From: Candidatus Eiseniibacteriota bacterium
GTDB lineage: Bacteria; Eisenbacteria; RBG-16-71-46
DNA length: 51,841 nt
Direction: 5' to 3'
Assembly: GCA_036845125.1 (NCBI GenBank)
Contig: DAIUEO010000005.1
Coordinates: forward strand, 1-51,841
This document shows positions 8,878 to 18,184 of the stretch, piece by piece. The notes beneath the pieces were generated by a model, which saw nothing but the letters and a program-made list of their open reading frames with translations, ran no database searches and had not been told where the DNA came from. The position numbers and the translations under genes were made by a program. The first letter of the stretch is position 1. Every line of letters begins with the position of its first letter.

Positions 8878-11036
8878 TGGCGCGCGACCCCCGGGGCGGT
8901 TCGAAGCCGGCCCGTCCCGGAGGCGCTTCCGCGGCCCGCCCCGCTCCGTGGGCCGGGCTCGAGGTGCCGCCGCTCGTGGTCTTCGCCCTGCTCGCGGTCG
9001 CGATCGTGCTGCTCCACGTTCCCGGGCTGCCGCGCACCTTCTTCGCGGACGACTTCCTGTTTCTCGACCAGGTGCGCTCGCGCACGCTGCTCGAGTCTCT
9101 GCGCGTGGCCGATCCGCTCAGCAACTTCTATCGCCCGGTGAGCCGCCAGATCTATTTCTGGATCATCTCCGCGACCACGAACGAATCGGGCTTCGCGTTC
9201 CACGCCTCGAACCTGTTCTTCTTCGTGGTGCTGGTCGGCCTCTTCTACCTGGTCGCGCGCCGTATGGCCGGCGGTGTCGCGGCCGCGATCGGCACCGCCT
9301 TCCTCGCGCTCCACTACGCCGGCGACGTTCCGGTGCGCTGGGCCTGCGGCAGCCAGGAGCTGCTCTCGGTGGGCGGCGCCCTCGCGGCGCTGTGGCTCCA
9401 TCTCGGCGGACGGCGCTTCCTCGCGGCGGCGTTCCTGGTGGTCGCTGCGCTCTCCAAGGAAATCGTGCTGCTCACGCCGCTGATCGCGGCCATCGCCGAC
9501 CGCCGCCCGGGGGAGAGCCTGTGGCATTCGGCGCGCCGCGCATGGCCGCTCGGAATCGGCGTCGCCGTTTGGGCGGCCGTGTGGCTGCTCGCGCCACACA
9601 CGCGACAGGCCGCCTCGACCGAGGTGGAGCTCCATCCGTGGGGCGCGGTTTCCACCTACGTTCACCTGCTCCAGGTGTTCTTCGGTTTCGAAGCGCGGCA
9701 GGGCGAGCTGTGGCGGCTCCCGCGGGTCGGGCCGCCGCTCGTGCCGCTGGTGCTGGCCGCGGTGGCCGTGTTCTTCGCGCGGGAGTCGCGACGCGCGCGG
9801 GACCCGAAGCCGGCTTCCCCGGCGAGCGACACGACGCACACCGCGGCCCGCGAGGCTCTGCCGTTCGGGCGCAGCGGCCAATCGCGTGCGCGGCACGCGA
9901 TCGTCACCGGCATCCTGTGGGCGCTGCTCGCCACGGTGCCAATCATCGCGGTCGCGGTGCTGTGGAGCGCCTACTACTACCTGTACGCGATGTGCGGCGC
10001 GGCGCTCGCGCTCGGCGCGGCGTTGAGCCGGGTTCCCCGCGGCTGGGCGGTGGCGGCGCTGGTCCCGCTCGCCTGGGGCTCGGCGAGCGCGCGGCACCTA
10101 GACGAGTTCACCTCCGCGCGGAACCCGTGGAGTGCGATGTCCCACATCAACCGCTTCTACATCGAGCGCGCGACCCGGGTCTGCGAGGGGTACCTCGCGG
10201 ACCTGCGCGCGCTGCACCCCGACTTCCCGCAACGCAGCACGCTGTTCTTCGCCGGGCTCAAGCCCAACGTGGCGTTCCAGGTGGCGGACGGGCCGCTCAT
10301 CCGCTGGGCCTATCGCGACAGCAGCCTGCGCTCCTACTACCTGACCAACTTCTCGCGCGACAAGGCGACCCGCGGCCCCAACTATTACTTCGTGAGCCAG
10401 AGCGACTCGATCTCCGAGATGGCGGAAGGATCCGACCGAATGCTGCGAATCGCGTTCAGCATGCTGGTGAGCGACTGGCCGCCCGGCGCGCATGACGCGC
10501 TGTCACTCGAGATCGAGCGTGACCCGTCGAGCGATCGCGCCCGCTACTGGTCGGCATGGACCAGCTACGCGCTCGATCGGCCGGACGAGGGGCGGCAATC
10601 GCTCGCCAGCGCCGGATACGGACTCGAGAGTGCGCCCGCATCCGGGCAGCGCGCGGCCTACGACGCGCTCGCCCGCGGGGACACGCTCGGCGCGATGGCG
10701 CTCGCGCGCGAGGAGGTGAAGCGCCACGCGCTCGACGCGGCAGCGCACGCGCTGCTCGCCGACCTCATGCTGATCCGCGACCCGGACGATCCCGACGCCG
10801 CCATCGAGGCCCTGGCCGCACGCGTGCTCGCGCCCCTGGACCCGATCGTGTGGCGGCGCTGGGCCATGGTGCAGGCGCGGCGCGATCGCTACCTCGAAGC
10901 ACTGAAGTCGTTCGATCGCTACTTCGAGCTGGCCGGCGCGATGGGGGAGAACGACGCCGAAGCGAAGCGCTGGGTGGAAGCGATGCGTCGCGTGCTGCCG
11001 GGCGGCGCCGCCAAGCCGGAAGCCTTGCGCGACTAG
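8877..11036 (+). CDS. polytopic GT-C-like membrane protein with a C-terminal TPR-like soluble domain
   Basis: 719 aa. TM1 is followed by an acidic loop (RTFFADDFLFLDQV), as in GT-C glycosyltransferases. It has at least 8 further TM helices and a helical TPR-like tail (ARYWSAWTSYALDRPDEGRQSL...LEALKSFDRYFELAG). The ATG overlaps the upstream stop by 1 nt (TGATG). Confidence 0.6.
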   Translation: MARDPRGGSKPARPGGASAARPAPWAGLEVPPLVVFALLAVAIVLLHVPGLPRTFFADDFLFLDQVRSRTLLESLRVADPLSNFYRPVSRQIYFWIISATTNESGFAFHASNLFFFVVLVGLFYLVARRMAGGVAAAIGTAFLALHYAGDVPVRWACGSQELLSVGGALAALWLHLGGRRFLAAAFLVVAALSKEIVLLTPLIAAIADRRPGESLWHSARRAWPLGIGVAVWAAVWLLAPHTRQAASTEVELHPWGAVSTYVHLLQVFFGFEARQGELWRLPRVGPPLVPLVLAAVAVFFARESRRARDPKPASPASDTTHTAAREALPFGRSGQSRARHAIVTGILWALLATVPIIAVAVLWSAYYYLYAMCGAALALGAALSRVPRGWAVAALVPLAWGSASARHLDEFTSARNPWSAMSHINRFYIERATRVCEGYLADLRALHPDFPQRSTLFFAGLKPNVAFQVADGPLIRWAYRDSSLRSYYLTNFSRDKATRGPNYYFVSQSDSISEMAEGSDRMLRIAFSMLVSDWPPGAHDALSLEIERDPSSDRARYWSAWTSYALDRPDEGRQSLASAGYGLESAPASGQRAAYDALARGDTLGAMALAREEVKRHALDAAAHALLADLMLIRDPDDPDAAIEALAARVLAPLDPIVWRRWAMVQARRDRYLEALKSFDRYFELAGAMGENDAEAKRWVEAMRRVLPGGAAKPEALRD

Positions 11037-11744
11037 TTAGAAGGGAAAGCCGAGGCCGAGGGTCAGGACGACTCCCGAGACGTCGAGATCGAACGGCCCG
11101 GATACGTTGCAGTACCGGTATCCGAGCGACCCCGTGGCGAGATAGCGTCCCATCGAGCGCCGCGTGCCGAAGTGCAGCTCGGCGAGCGGAGCCCGGCCAT
11201 CCCCGATGAGCTCAGTCACCGATGTCGGGCCGCCGGAGGACGAGAAGTCCAGGGTCTCCGACGCATCCAACCAGACCAGGCCCTCTCCGACTCGCAGGTC
11301 CACGAATGGGGACCACGTGCTCCCGGACCACGCCTTCTGGAGCACGATCTGCAACGCGAGAAGCCGCACCTCCATCGCGATGTCGAGGGTGCCCGAGTAG
11401 TCCCCGTAGAGCGAGTACGCATGGGTCCAGGTGTAGCGGGTGCCCAGCCCCCAGCGGAAATTGGGGTTGGACCCGCGGAGAAGATCCGCGCCGAAGATCA
11501 GGTTGGGCGGGAACTCACGCTGCGATTCCACCGGAATGCCGCTCTGCTGGTAGAAGTCCAGGACGTCCGAATAGAAACTCTTCGCGTCGGCGAGTGCCAT
11601 GTTGTTCACCCCGCCCACGACCTCGAACAGCCAGCGCCGAGGACGGAGCGACGAGACGTCCGGCGTGGCGGCTCCGGCCAGCGATGCCAGCAAGGCGATG
11701 CCGAGAGAGAGTCGAAGTCCGCGAACCCAGGGCCGCGCGCTCAC
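11037..11744 (-). CDS. outer-membrane beta-barrel protein
   Basis: 235 aa with a signal peptide (...LLASLAGAATPD). It shows an alternating beta-strand pattern and a terminal aromatic residue (LGLGFPF). It starts 1 nt after the upstream gene stop. Confidence 0.6.
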   Translation of the reverse strand: MSARPWVRGLRLSLGIALLASLAGAATPDVSSLRPRRWLFEVVGGVNNMALADAKSFYSDVLDFYQQSGIPVESQREFPPNLIFGADLLRGSNPNFRWGLGTRYTWTHAYSLYGDYSGTLDIAMEVRLLALQIVLQKAWSGSTWSPFVDLRVGEGLVWLDASETLDFSSSGGPTSVTELIGDGRAPLAELHFGTRRSMGRYLATGSLGYRYCNVSGPFDLDVSGVVLTLGLGFPF

Positions 11745-11745
11745 G

Positions 11746-13452
11746 TCAGTTTCTCGAGAAGAACGGTGCCGACGACAGTGCCGCCACGACCCAGGTCTCG
11801 AACCCCTCGGCGTAGAACCACTGCTCGTCGCGTGAGGTCGACACCCAGCGCGGCACCTGGACGAAGTCCCAGCTCCGGACCTGGGCGAGGCTCAGACGGT
11901 CGTATTGAACGACTCTGCCGGGGAGGAAATAGATGCCGTTGGGGTCGGACCGCGATTGCGACAGGTAGAGGTGGCTCGCGGTGACCCAGAACCCGAACAA
12001 TTGCTGATCAGAGGGCGCGGCGAGCTGACCCACGGGTGAGAAGGAAGCGGCATCGAGGATCTCGACGAAGTTGGACGGGGCCCCGTAGACGTGGCCCAAG
12101 TACAAACGCGCGCCGTCCGGACTCAACTGCAGGTCGGCAATCGACGGAGTGACGCCCCGCCGATCCACGATCGCGATCGCATCGGTCGACACGTCGATCC
12201 GGTAGAGTGAATCGGTCGTGGCCGCGTAGAGAGTATTGGCGTCCGGAGAAATGACGAACCGGGTGTTGTTGGAGAGAGGAAGTTGAAGCGCGCCGACGGT
12301 TCCCCCATCGCTGACATCGATCGCGACGAGTTCCGAATACGTGGCCAGATAGGCGCGATCGGGGCGACCCGCAACAAGCGCGTAGCCGACGGTCCCAGCG
12401 GTGCCGGCCATGTTGCGGCTCGTGGTCAGGGCTAGAGTCGAGGCCGAGTAGATCAGCAAGATGTTCTGCTGGAAGGCGGGCTCGTACGAGGTCGCGTAGA
12501 TCGAAGCGCCGTCCGAAGTCACATCGATTCCCGGGGCGCGAAGCGAGGTCCTCCGCAGCTCGGTCTGGCTCACGGAGGAGTAGGCCCGCAGGGTGTCGCG
12601 GAAGAGTACGTAGAACTCATCGAGGGTCGGGCTCGGAACCAACGGCGGGATCATGCCCGCGGAGGACGAGAGATCGGGCGTGAGACCGACGACGGCATCG
12701 CCCAGCAGCAGCCGGACCACGTTGCTGGCCGCCGCCACGGTTCGATTGCTCACGTGTACGCGGTAGTCCAGGCGCACGCCGATGACCGTTCCGGAGATCG
12801 AGGCATCCCGGTAGCTGGTCGAGTCCCGGTCGAAGACCTTGGGTCCCGGCGGAGCGTACTCGGGTGGGAGGAGGTTGCCTCCATAGTTGCCTTCGCGGGA
12901 GATGCAGTACGCGTAGAAGTTGCTGTCGGAGCTGGCCGTCCAGGTGAGCTGCGGAACTCCGCCATCCCACGTCACGGACGTGAGTGTCACCGGCGTCGGC
13001 AAACTCTGATCGAAGACGACGTCAACGAGGCGAACCACGGACGGGTAGCCCGCGATCCCGGCGAGCCCGATGTCGGGCTTCGTCTCGCGGGCCGCGATGG
13101 CCAGCGTGTGGGGACCCTCCGGCCAGGTCCGGGTGTCGACGGAAAGGACGTAGGGAGCGCTGGCGGTCTCCGATACGACGACGCTGTCCACGAACAACCC
13201 GAGAGCCGCCACCGGGCTCGAGAGCGTCGGGAGGTCGGCGGCGTCGATCTCGAGAGTAACGATCCCGGCGAGATGCTGGCCCGGACGGATCAGGGCGGGG
13301 TCGAGGCGGCCGACGTCGGGAGGCTGCGCCGCGTCGTTGTACAGGCGGTCATTCGGCTTGACGAGATCGCAGGAAGAGCAGGCACAGAGGAGCAACGCGG
13401 CCGCGAACCGCGCGGCGCGGGAGTACTCCCGACTCGGTTGTCCTGCGGCCAT
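11746..13452 (-). CDS. lipoprotein with Ig-like and YVTN/YncE-type beta-propeller repeats
   Basis: 568 aa with an N-terminal AAALLLCAC lipobox-like signal. Repeats include SPDANTLYAATTDSLYRIDVSTD, LSPDGARLYLGH and TSDGASIYAT. Confidence 0.55.
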   Translation of the reverse strand: MAAGQPSREYSRAARFAAALLLCACSSCDLVKPNDRLYNDAAQPPDVGRLDPALIRPGQHLAGIVTLEIDAADLPTLSSPVAALGLFVDSVVVSETASAPYVLSVDTRTWPEGPHTLAIAARETKPDIGLAGIAGYPSVVRLVDVVFDQSLPTPVTLTSVTWDGGVPQLTWTASSDSNFYAYCISREGNYGGNLLPPEYAPPGPKVFDRDSTSYRDASISGTVIGVRLDYRVHVSNRTVAAASNVVRLLLGDAVVGLTPDLSSSAGMIPPLVPSPTLDEFYVLFRDTLRAYSSVSQTELRRTSLRAPGIDVTSDGASIYATSYEPAFQQNILLIYSASTLALTTSRNMAGTAGTVGYALVAGRPDRAYLATYSELVAIDVSDGGTVGALQLPLSNNTRFVISPDANTLYAATTDSLYRIDVSTDAIAIVDRRGVTPSIADLQLSPDGARLYLGHVYGAPSNFVEILDAASFSPVGQLAAPSDQQLFGFWVTASHLYLSQSRSDPNGIYFLPGRVVQYDRLSLAQVRSWDFVQVPRWVSTSRDEQWFYAEGFETWVVAALSSAPFFSRN

Positions 13453-13613
13453 TAATGCCTACTTAGCGTGTGCGCCGACACTGCTCGCGGCCTTCGTGCG
13501 CAGCTCGGTGGCAGGGAGGGAGGGTAGCCGCCAACAATGGGGAGTTCAATCGAATTGGTCCGAGGTGTGCGTGATAGACTTGCTTCCCGTCGCCACCGAT
13601 CAGGAGTCTCCCC

Positions 13614-15800
13614 ATGCCGCCCGCGCCGCGCCCGTGGCTTCTCGCCTCAGCGTTGATGTTGCTTCCCGTTGTCTCCTTCGCGGCCGATTCCATTGATGAG
13701 GCCATTCGTGAGGCGCTGGGCACCGCGGATCGTCTGCCGCTCCGGACCGGCATCCTTCACGACCGCGTCCTCGACCTCACGGGACTCTCGCGCTTCGACG
13801 GCACGCCGTCCGCCCCGCGCGGGAACCTCGCGCTGTTCCGGCAGGCCGCCTACGAGCTGAGCCGCGCCTCGCGCGGCGCCCTGCGCCTCCCGGAGGCTCA
13901 AACCTTCGCGTCGCGGGCGGCGGGCAGCGCCGTGATCCCGATCCGCGTGCTCGACGTGGCGTACGAGCGCGTGCGTCCCGAAGCCGGCGCGGCGATCGGC
14001 CGGGGCGAGGTTCCGCCCGATGCACTCGAGGAGGCGCGCGCCTTCCTCGCCGCGCCGGCGATCGAGCACACCTATCGCGGCGCACGCACGTCGTTTGTGA
14101 TCGAGCCCGACGATGTGAGCGGCAACGATGCCCTGCCGGTGACGCGAATCGAGATCGATCCTGGTGACGGCGGCGGTTTCCGAAGCGCCGGTTTCGGCGA
14201 GCCGGTCGAGGCGCGTTACGGCGCGACCGGGGAAGTGATCGTTCGCGTCCGCGTCACGCGCGGTGGTGTCGCCCGCGAGGCGTCCTTCGCCTTCGACGTC
14301 CGTGCACTGGCCGCGCCACTTCCGGACGACACCCTGTTCGTCACCGCTTCCGAAGCATGGCTCGGCCAGTTCGGCACCGGCCGCGCGTACGTGCGCTACG
14401 GGCAGGGGCACACCAGCGTGGTGAACCCGGTGGTGGTCATCGAAGGCTTCGATCTCGACAACAGCATGAGCTGGGACGAGCTCTACGCGCTGCTCAACCA
14501 GGAAGGGCTCGCCGACACGATCCAGGCGCGCGGCTACGACGCGATCGTGCTCGACTTCGACGAAGCCACGAATCCCATCGAGGAAAACGGGTTGCTCACC
14601 GCCGAGCTGATCCGCCAGGTGCGCGCGATGCTCGCGCCCGGCGCGCGGATGTCGGTCGTGGGCGCCAGCATGGGCGGCCTCTGCTCGCGCTACGCACTCG
14701 CGCACCTCGAGCAGCTGGGCGAGCCGCTGCCGACCAAGACCTGGATCTCGTTCGACACGCCCCACCTCGGCGCCAACATCCCGCTCGGCATCCAGTACTG
14801 GATGCAGTTCTTCGCGTCGCAGTCGGCGGATGCCGCGTTCCTGCTCTCGCGGCTCGACACGCCCGCCGCGCGCGAGATGCTGGTCTACCACTACACGACA
14901 CCCGCGAGTTCATCGCCGAGCGCTGATCCGCAGCGCCCCGCGTTCCTCGCGAACCTGGCGGCCGCGGGCGACTGGCCCACGCGCATTCGAAGGGTGGCGG
15001 TCGCGAATGGGAGCGGCACCGGAACCGGCCAGGGCTTCGGACTCGGCGCGCAGATCATCCGCTGGGAGTACAACAACCTTCTCGTCACGATCCTCGGAAA
15101 CATCTGGGCGCTGCCGGACAACACTCCGACCACGACGATCTTCAACGGCCGCATCCGCATCCTGTTCGTTTCGGACACCCAGAAGTCAGTGCCCGTGAGC
15201 GGCACGCTTCCCTATGACGGCGCACCCGGCGGCCGGCGCGCCACCATGACCCAGATGGACACCACCGCTGCACCCTACGGCGACATCGTGGCACTCCATC
15301 CCGCGCACTGCTTCATTCCGACCCCCAGCGCGATCGCGCTCAGTACCGTAGGCCTCTCGACGCCCCTGATCGGCAACCCCTCGGTTCCGTCCGGCACTCC
15401 ATTCGCGGCCGTGTATCTCCCGACCGCCAACGAGGACCACGTCGCGATCACCCCCGGCAACGCGGCGTTCGTTCTGGGCGAAATCGAGCAGCCGGTGGTC
15501 GCGGCGCCGGACCCGATGCCGACTCCCGGTGTAGCCCTGCGGTCGTGGCCCCAGCCATCCCGCGGCGCGTCGACCATCGCGTTCTCGCTCCCCACCGAGG
15601 GCCGCGTGAAGCTGAGCGTCGTGGATGTCGCGGGACGAACCGTCCAGGTCCTGCAGGACGGCGTACTCACGGCAGGAGAGCACCGCGTTCCGTGGAGTGG
15701 AGTGGGGGAGTCCGGGCGCCAAATGGCGGCCGGGATCTACTTCATCACCCTCGAAACCGGCGCGTTCACGCAATCCGTGCGGGCCGCCGTCCTCAAGTGA
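13614..15800 (+). CDS. secreted alpha/beta-hydrolase (lipase/PGAP1-like) with a FlgD-Ig/T9SS-type C-terminal domain
   Basis: 728 aa with signal peptide MPPAPRPWLLASALMLLPVVSFA. The nucleophile elbow is VVGASMGGL. The C-terminal ~85 aa are ...STIAFSLPTEGRVKLSVVDVAGRTVQVL..GEHRVPWSG..ESGRQMAAGIYFITLETG....AAVLK. Confidence 0.7.
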   Translation: MPPAPRPWLLASALMLLPVVSFAADSIDEAIREALGTADRLPLRTGILHDRVLDLTGLSRFDGTPSAPRGNLALFRQAAYELSRASRGALRLPEAQTFASRAAGSAVIPIRVLDVAYERVRPEAGAAIGRGEVPPDALEEARAFLAAPAIEHTYRGARTSFVIEPDDVSGNDALPVTRIEIDPGDGGGFRSAGFGEPVEARYGATGEVIVRVRVTRGGVAREASFAFDVRALAAPLPDDTLFVTASEAWLGQFGTGRAYVRYGQGHTSVVNPVVVIEGFDLDNSMSWDELYALLNQEGLADTIQARGYDAIVLDFDEATNPIEENGLLTAELIRQVRAMLAPGARMSVVGASMGGLCSRYALAHLEQLGEPLPTKTWISFDTPHLGANIPLGIQYWMQFFASQSADAAFLLSRLDTPAAREMLVYHYTTPASSSPSADPQRPAFLANLAAAGDWPTRIRRVAVANGSGTGTGQGFGLGAQIIRWEYNNLLVTILGNIWALPDNTPTTTIFNGRIRILFVSDTQKSVPVSGTLPYDGAPGGRRATMTQMDTTAAPYGDIVALHPAHCFIPTPSAIALSTVGLSTPLIGNPSVPSGTPFAAVYLPTANEDHVAITPGNAAFVLGEIEQPVVAAPDPMPTPGVALRSWPQPSRGASTIAFSLPTEGRVKLSVVDVAGRTVQVLQDGVLTAGEHRVPWSGVGESGRQMAAGIYFITLETGAFTQSVRAAVLK

Positions 15801-15824
15801 CCCGTCTCGAAAGAGGCGCGAACG

Positions 15825-15853
15825 TTGACCCCGGCGCGCTCCTGAGGTAGAAA
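15825..15853 (+). promoter_or_regulatory. sigma70-like promoter for tRNA-Ala (TTGACC-17 nt-TAGAAA)
   Basis: TTGACC lies at 15825-15830, followed by a 17-nt spacer and TAGAAA at 15848-15853. This is 23 nt upstream of the mature tRNA 5' end, in an otherwise GC-rich context. Confidence 0.45.
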
Positions 15854-15876
15854 ACTAGGTCCGCAACGCCTTGGGT

Positions 15877-15952
15877 GGGGCTGTAGCTCAGTTGGGAGAG
15901 CGCTTGACTGGCAGTCAAGAGGTCAACGGTTCGATCCCGTTCAGCTCCACCA
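15877..15952 (+). tRNA. tRNA-Ala (anticodon GGC), with CCA encoded
   Basis: Hand-folded cloverleaf: acceptor GGGGCTG/CAGCTCC, D arm GCTC-AGTTGGGA-GAGC, anticodon arm CTTGA-CTGGCAG-TCAAG, variable loop AGGTC, T arm AACGG-TTCGATC-CCGTT, discriminator A, then CCA. The G3:U70 pair, the alanine identity element, is present. Confidence 0.95.
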
Positions 15953-16062
15953 TTCTTCCTCACATGGCGGTCTCCAAGGCGGAAGCAGTCGGACGGGTGC
16001 AAGACGCCCCGCCGCCCAGCCGTCGCGTTCACCCACAACGCTCCTTCGATCGGAGCGGGTGA

Positions 16063-17949
16063 ATGTCCCGAAGCCCTGATCGAGGGCTTGTTCCTGGAGC
16101 ACCCCGATGGTTTGAGCTCCCCGCGCCCGGACGCAACGAACCGTGTCGATGCGAGAGCGGCAGGAAGATGAAGCACTGCTGCAGAAGCTTCTACGAGTTC
16201 GCACGGGAACCTGTAGTCAAGAACGCGGGCATGTTTGTGACTCATGAATTGCTTTGGCCCGGACTACGTTCCAACTACGACGTCATCGCGCAGCGTTGCC
16301 GCCTCTTGCCAGGTCCTTGGCTCATTCGGTTCCTGTCAATCCTGCAGTGGCTTTTGGAAGGAGAATTCTCGAGCAATCGCCCGGGGAACGTGGGCTTGAG
16401 CTTCCTCCGGAATTTCGCGGAGCCCATTGTGGCAAAGAAAGTGGAGGCCTGGCTATCAAGCGGTCGAGCACAACGGGTGTTTCATCGCTGCACAATCCCA
16501 GCAATGATGCAGGTACGGATGCTGGCGGGTGAGCAGGAAGGCAGCACAATGGAGCCATCCGCAGAGACCTTCGAAGAGGTTGCGAGACTCCTCTTGATGG
16601 TCAACGACCTGCTCGAAGGCGACTACGAGGAAGCGAAAGGCGCTAGCACAACATCGCAGGGCGTCGACCATGCTCTGGCAGCTTCGATGTTCCGCAATCA
16701 CTTCTATAGTCACCGTGCAAACTGGGGCCCAGCGATGGGGCGCCACTGGGGTCTGCTGACCTTTGGCGGAAGGGCAGTGCATGGCAAGTTCCCGAAGGAG
16801 GTTTTTGATGTGCAGAGGGAACACCAGGCCCTTCTTGGATTCGCCCCAACCGACATGCTCACGATCATGTTTGCCCTGGTGGCGTACTACTCGAGCTTCA
16901 CACCAGAGCAACTCAACGAGAGGCCAGACAGGTTTCTCGTGGGCGTTGATCTACTGAACGCGCTCGGTGGACCCGAAATGAGAGCACAAACTCAGGCGAT
17001 TTTCGCGGCATGTTCGGCGGACTGGGATGCGCATGTGGCGGCAATGCGAGCAATTGCTGTGGGCCCGCGAAAGAACGTGCAGCAGTTCTTCAGCGTCTAC
17101 AACACGCCGCTCATGCGCGAAGCGGAAGTCTATTTTCCCCTCGATTTTGAGTTCCTCCGGAGCCAGACGACCGAAGGATGGTTCTGGAGCCTTGTTCGAG
17201 TGCTGAGGCAGAATAATCGAGGCCCTGACATCGGCCGACTCAATGCTTCCTTTGGCAGAGCATTCGAATGGTTCTGCTCTGAATTGACTCGCCCGCTGCG
17301 CGACGGGGACGTCCGCGTGTGGTCCGACTGGGATGGAGAGATCCAGGCTCAGCAGGGGCAGCAGGTTCCGGACATACTCCTGGTGGATGGTTCCGTTCTG
17401 TTTGTGATTGAGGTCACTAGTAGCGCAGTGCCGCCATCGGCTGCTGTGAGCTGCGACCCGGCGGTCCTGGAGGGTGCGATTAGCAGAGCCTGGTTCGGAC
17501 CTTCTCGCAAGCTAGAACAGCTGCAGAATGCCCATGAAGGCGTGTTGGCCGAACGGGTGACCGCTGGTGGCCTGAACCTAGCAAACGTGAAGAGGGTGGT
17601 GCCGCTGCTGGTAACGCTAAGGTACTTGCCTCGACATCTCGGACTATGGCACTGGTACCGAGACATCATGCGCAAGAACGCTCTCAGGCCGGAGTTTATC
17701 GAGGCAGTACGAATCCTCGACAGCGAAGATTGGGAAGAGCTGTGTTTCGGAGCGATCGAAGGGCACGGAGTTGCAGCCCAATTCGATGCTTGGCAGGGGT
17801 CCGATTGGGCATGGCAGTCCTTCGAAGACTGGAGAGCCGCAACCCTCGGCAACCGCCCATTGCACCCACTACTTCGCAAGTTCTTGGACGATCTTTTCGA
17901 GAGGATGCCACCGCAGTTCGATCCGAAGCGGGCAGGTGCCTCCGTGTAG
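16063..17949 (+). CDS. SEC-C motif protein with a C-terminal PD-(D/E)xK-like (restriction-endonuclease-fold-like) core; otherwise unknown
   Basis: 628 aa. The N-terminal GRNEPCRCESGRKMKHCC (16129-16182) matches the SEC-C metal-binding motif. The C-terminal VPDILLVDGSVLFVIEVTS (17365-17421) looks like a PD...ExK nuclease core with Thr in the Lys position. G+C is low relative to the flanks. Confidence 0.6.
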   Translation: MSRSPDRGLVPGAPRWFELPAPGRNEPCRCESGRKMKHCCRSFYEFAREPVVKNAGMFVTHELLWPGLRSNYDVIAQRCRLLPGPWLIRFLSILQWLLEGEFSSNRPGNVGLSFLRNFAEPIVAKKVEAWLSSGRAQRVFHRCTIPAMMQVRMLAGEQEGSTMEPSAETFEEVARLLLMVNDLLEGDYEEAKGASTTSQGVDHALAASMFRNHFYSHRANWGPAMGRHWGLLTFGGRAVHGKFPKEVFDVQREHQALLGFAPTDMLTIMFALVAYYSSFTPEQLNERPDRFLVGVDLLNALGGPEMRAQTQAIFAACSADWDAHVAAMRAIAVGPRKNVQQFFSVYNTPLMREAEVYFPLDFEFLRSQTTEGWFWSLVRVLRQNNRGPDIGRLNASFGRAFEWFCSELTRPLRDGDVRVWSDWDGEIQAQQGQQVPDILLVDGSVLFVIEVTSSAVPPSAAVSCDPAVLEGAISRAWFGPSRKLEQLQNAHEGVLAERVTAGGLNLANVKRVVPLLVTLRYLPRHLGLWHWYRDIMRKNALRPEFIEAVRILDSEDWEELCFGAIEGHGVAAQFDAWQGSDWAWQSFEDWRAATLGNRPLHPLLRKFLDDLFERMPPQFDPKRAGASV

Positions 17950-17959
17950 CACGCTGCTA

Positions 17960-18150
17960 GCGACCGAAGTGACGGCCTCACCTCCAACGTGATCCGGCCG
18001 GTCTCATGTTCGAGCTAGCTAGACCTCACTTGATTCGTTCACAGGCTCGGGAGCGCTAGGGTGCAGCCTGAGGGGCAGCCGTGGCGACTCCCACCAGCGT
18101 CGCGGCTCTCCATCAGCACGACCACGTCCGCGATCTCGTCGGTGAGGACA
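17960..18150 (-). pseudogene. decayed 3' fragment of a paralogue of the FG-GAP/CTD gene at 20896-22656
   Basis: The reverse strand of 18095-18150 reads LTDEIADVVVLMESRD. This corresponds to LTDEIADVIILMENRD, the reverse strand of about 21205-21255, with about 44 of 50 nt identical by eye. Further shared blocks follow (GGAGTCG; CCCGAGCC-GTGA-CGAATC), with indels and in-frame stops. Homology stops abruptly at the HNH gene 3' end. Confidence 0.55.
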
Positions 18151-18184
18151 GAAGCACGAACAAGGCATGAAGGACGACGTACAG

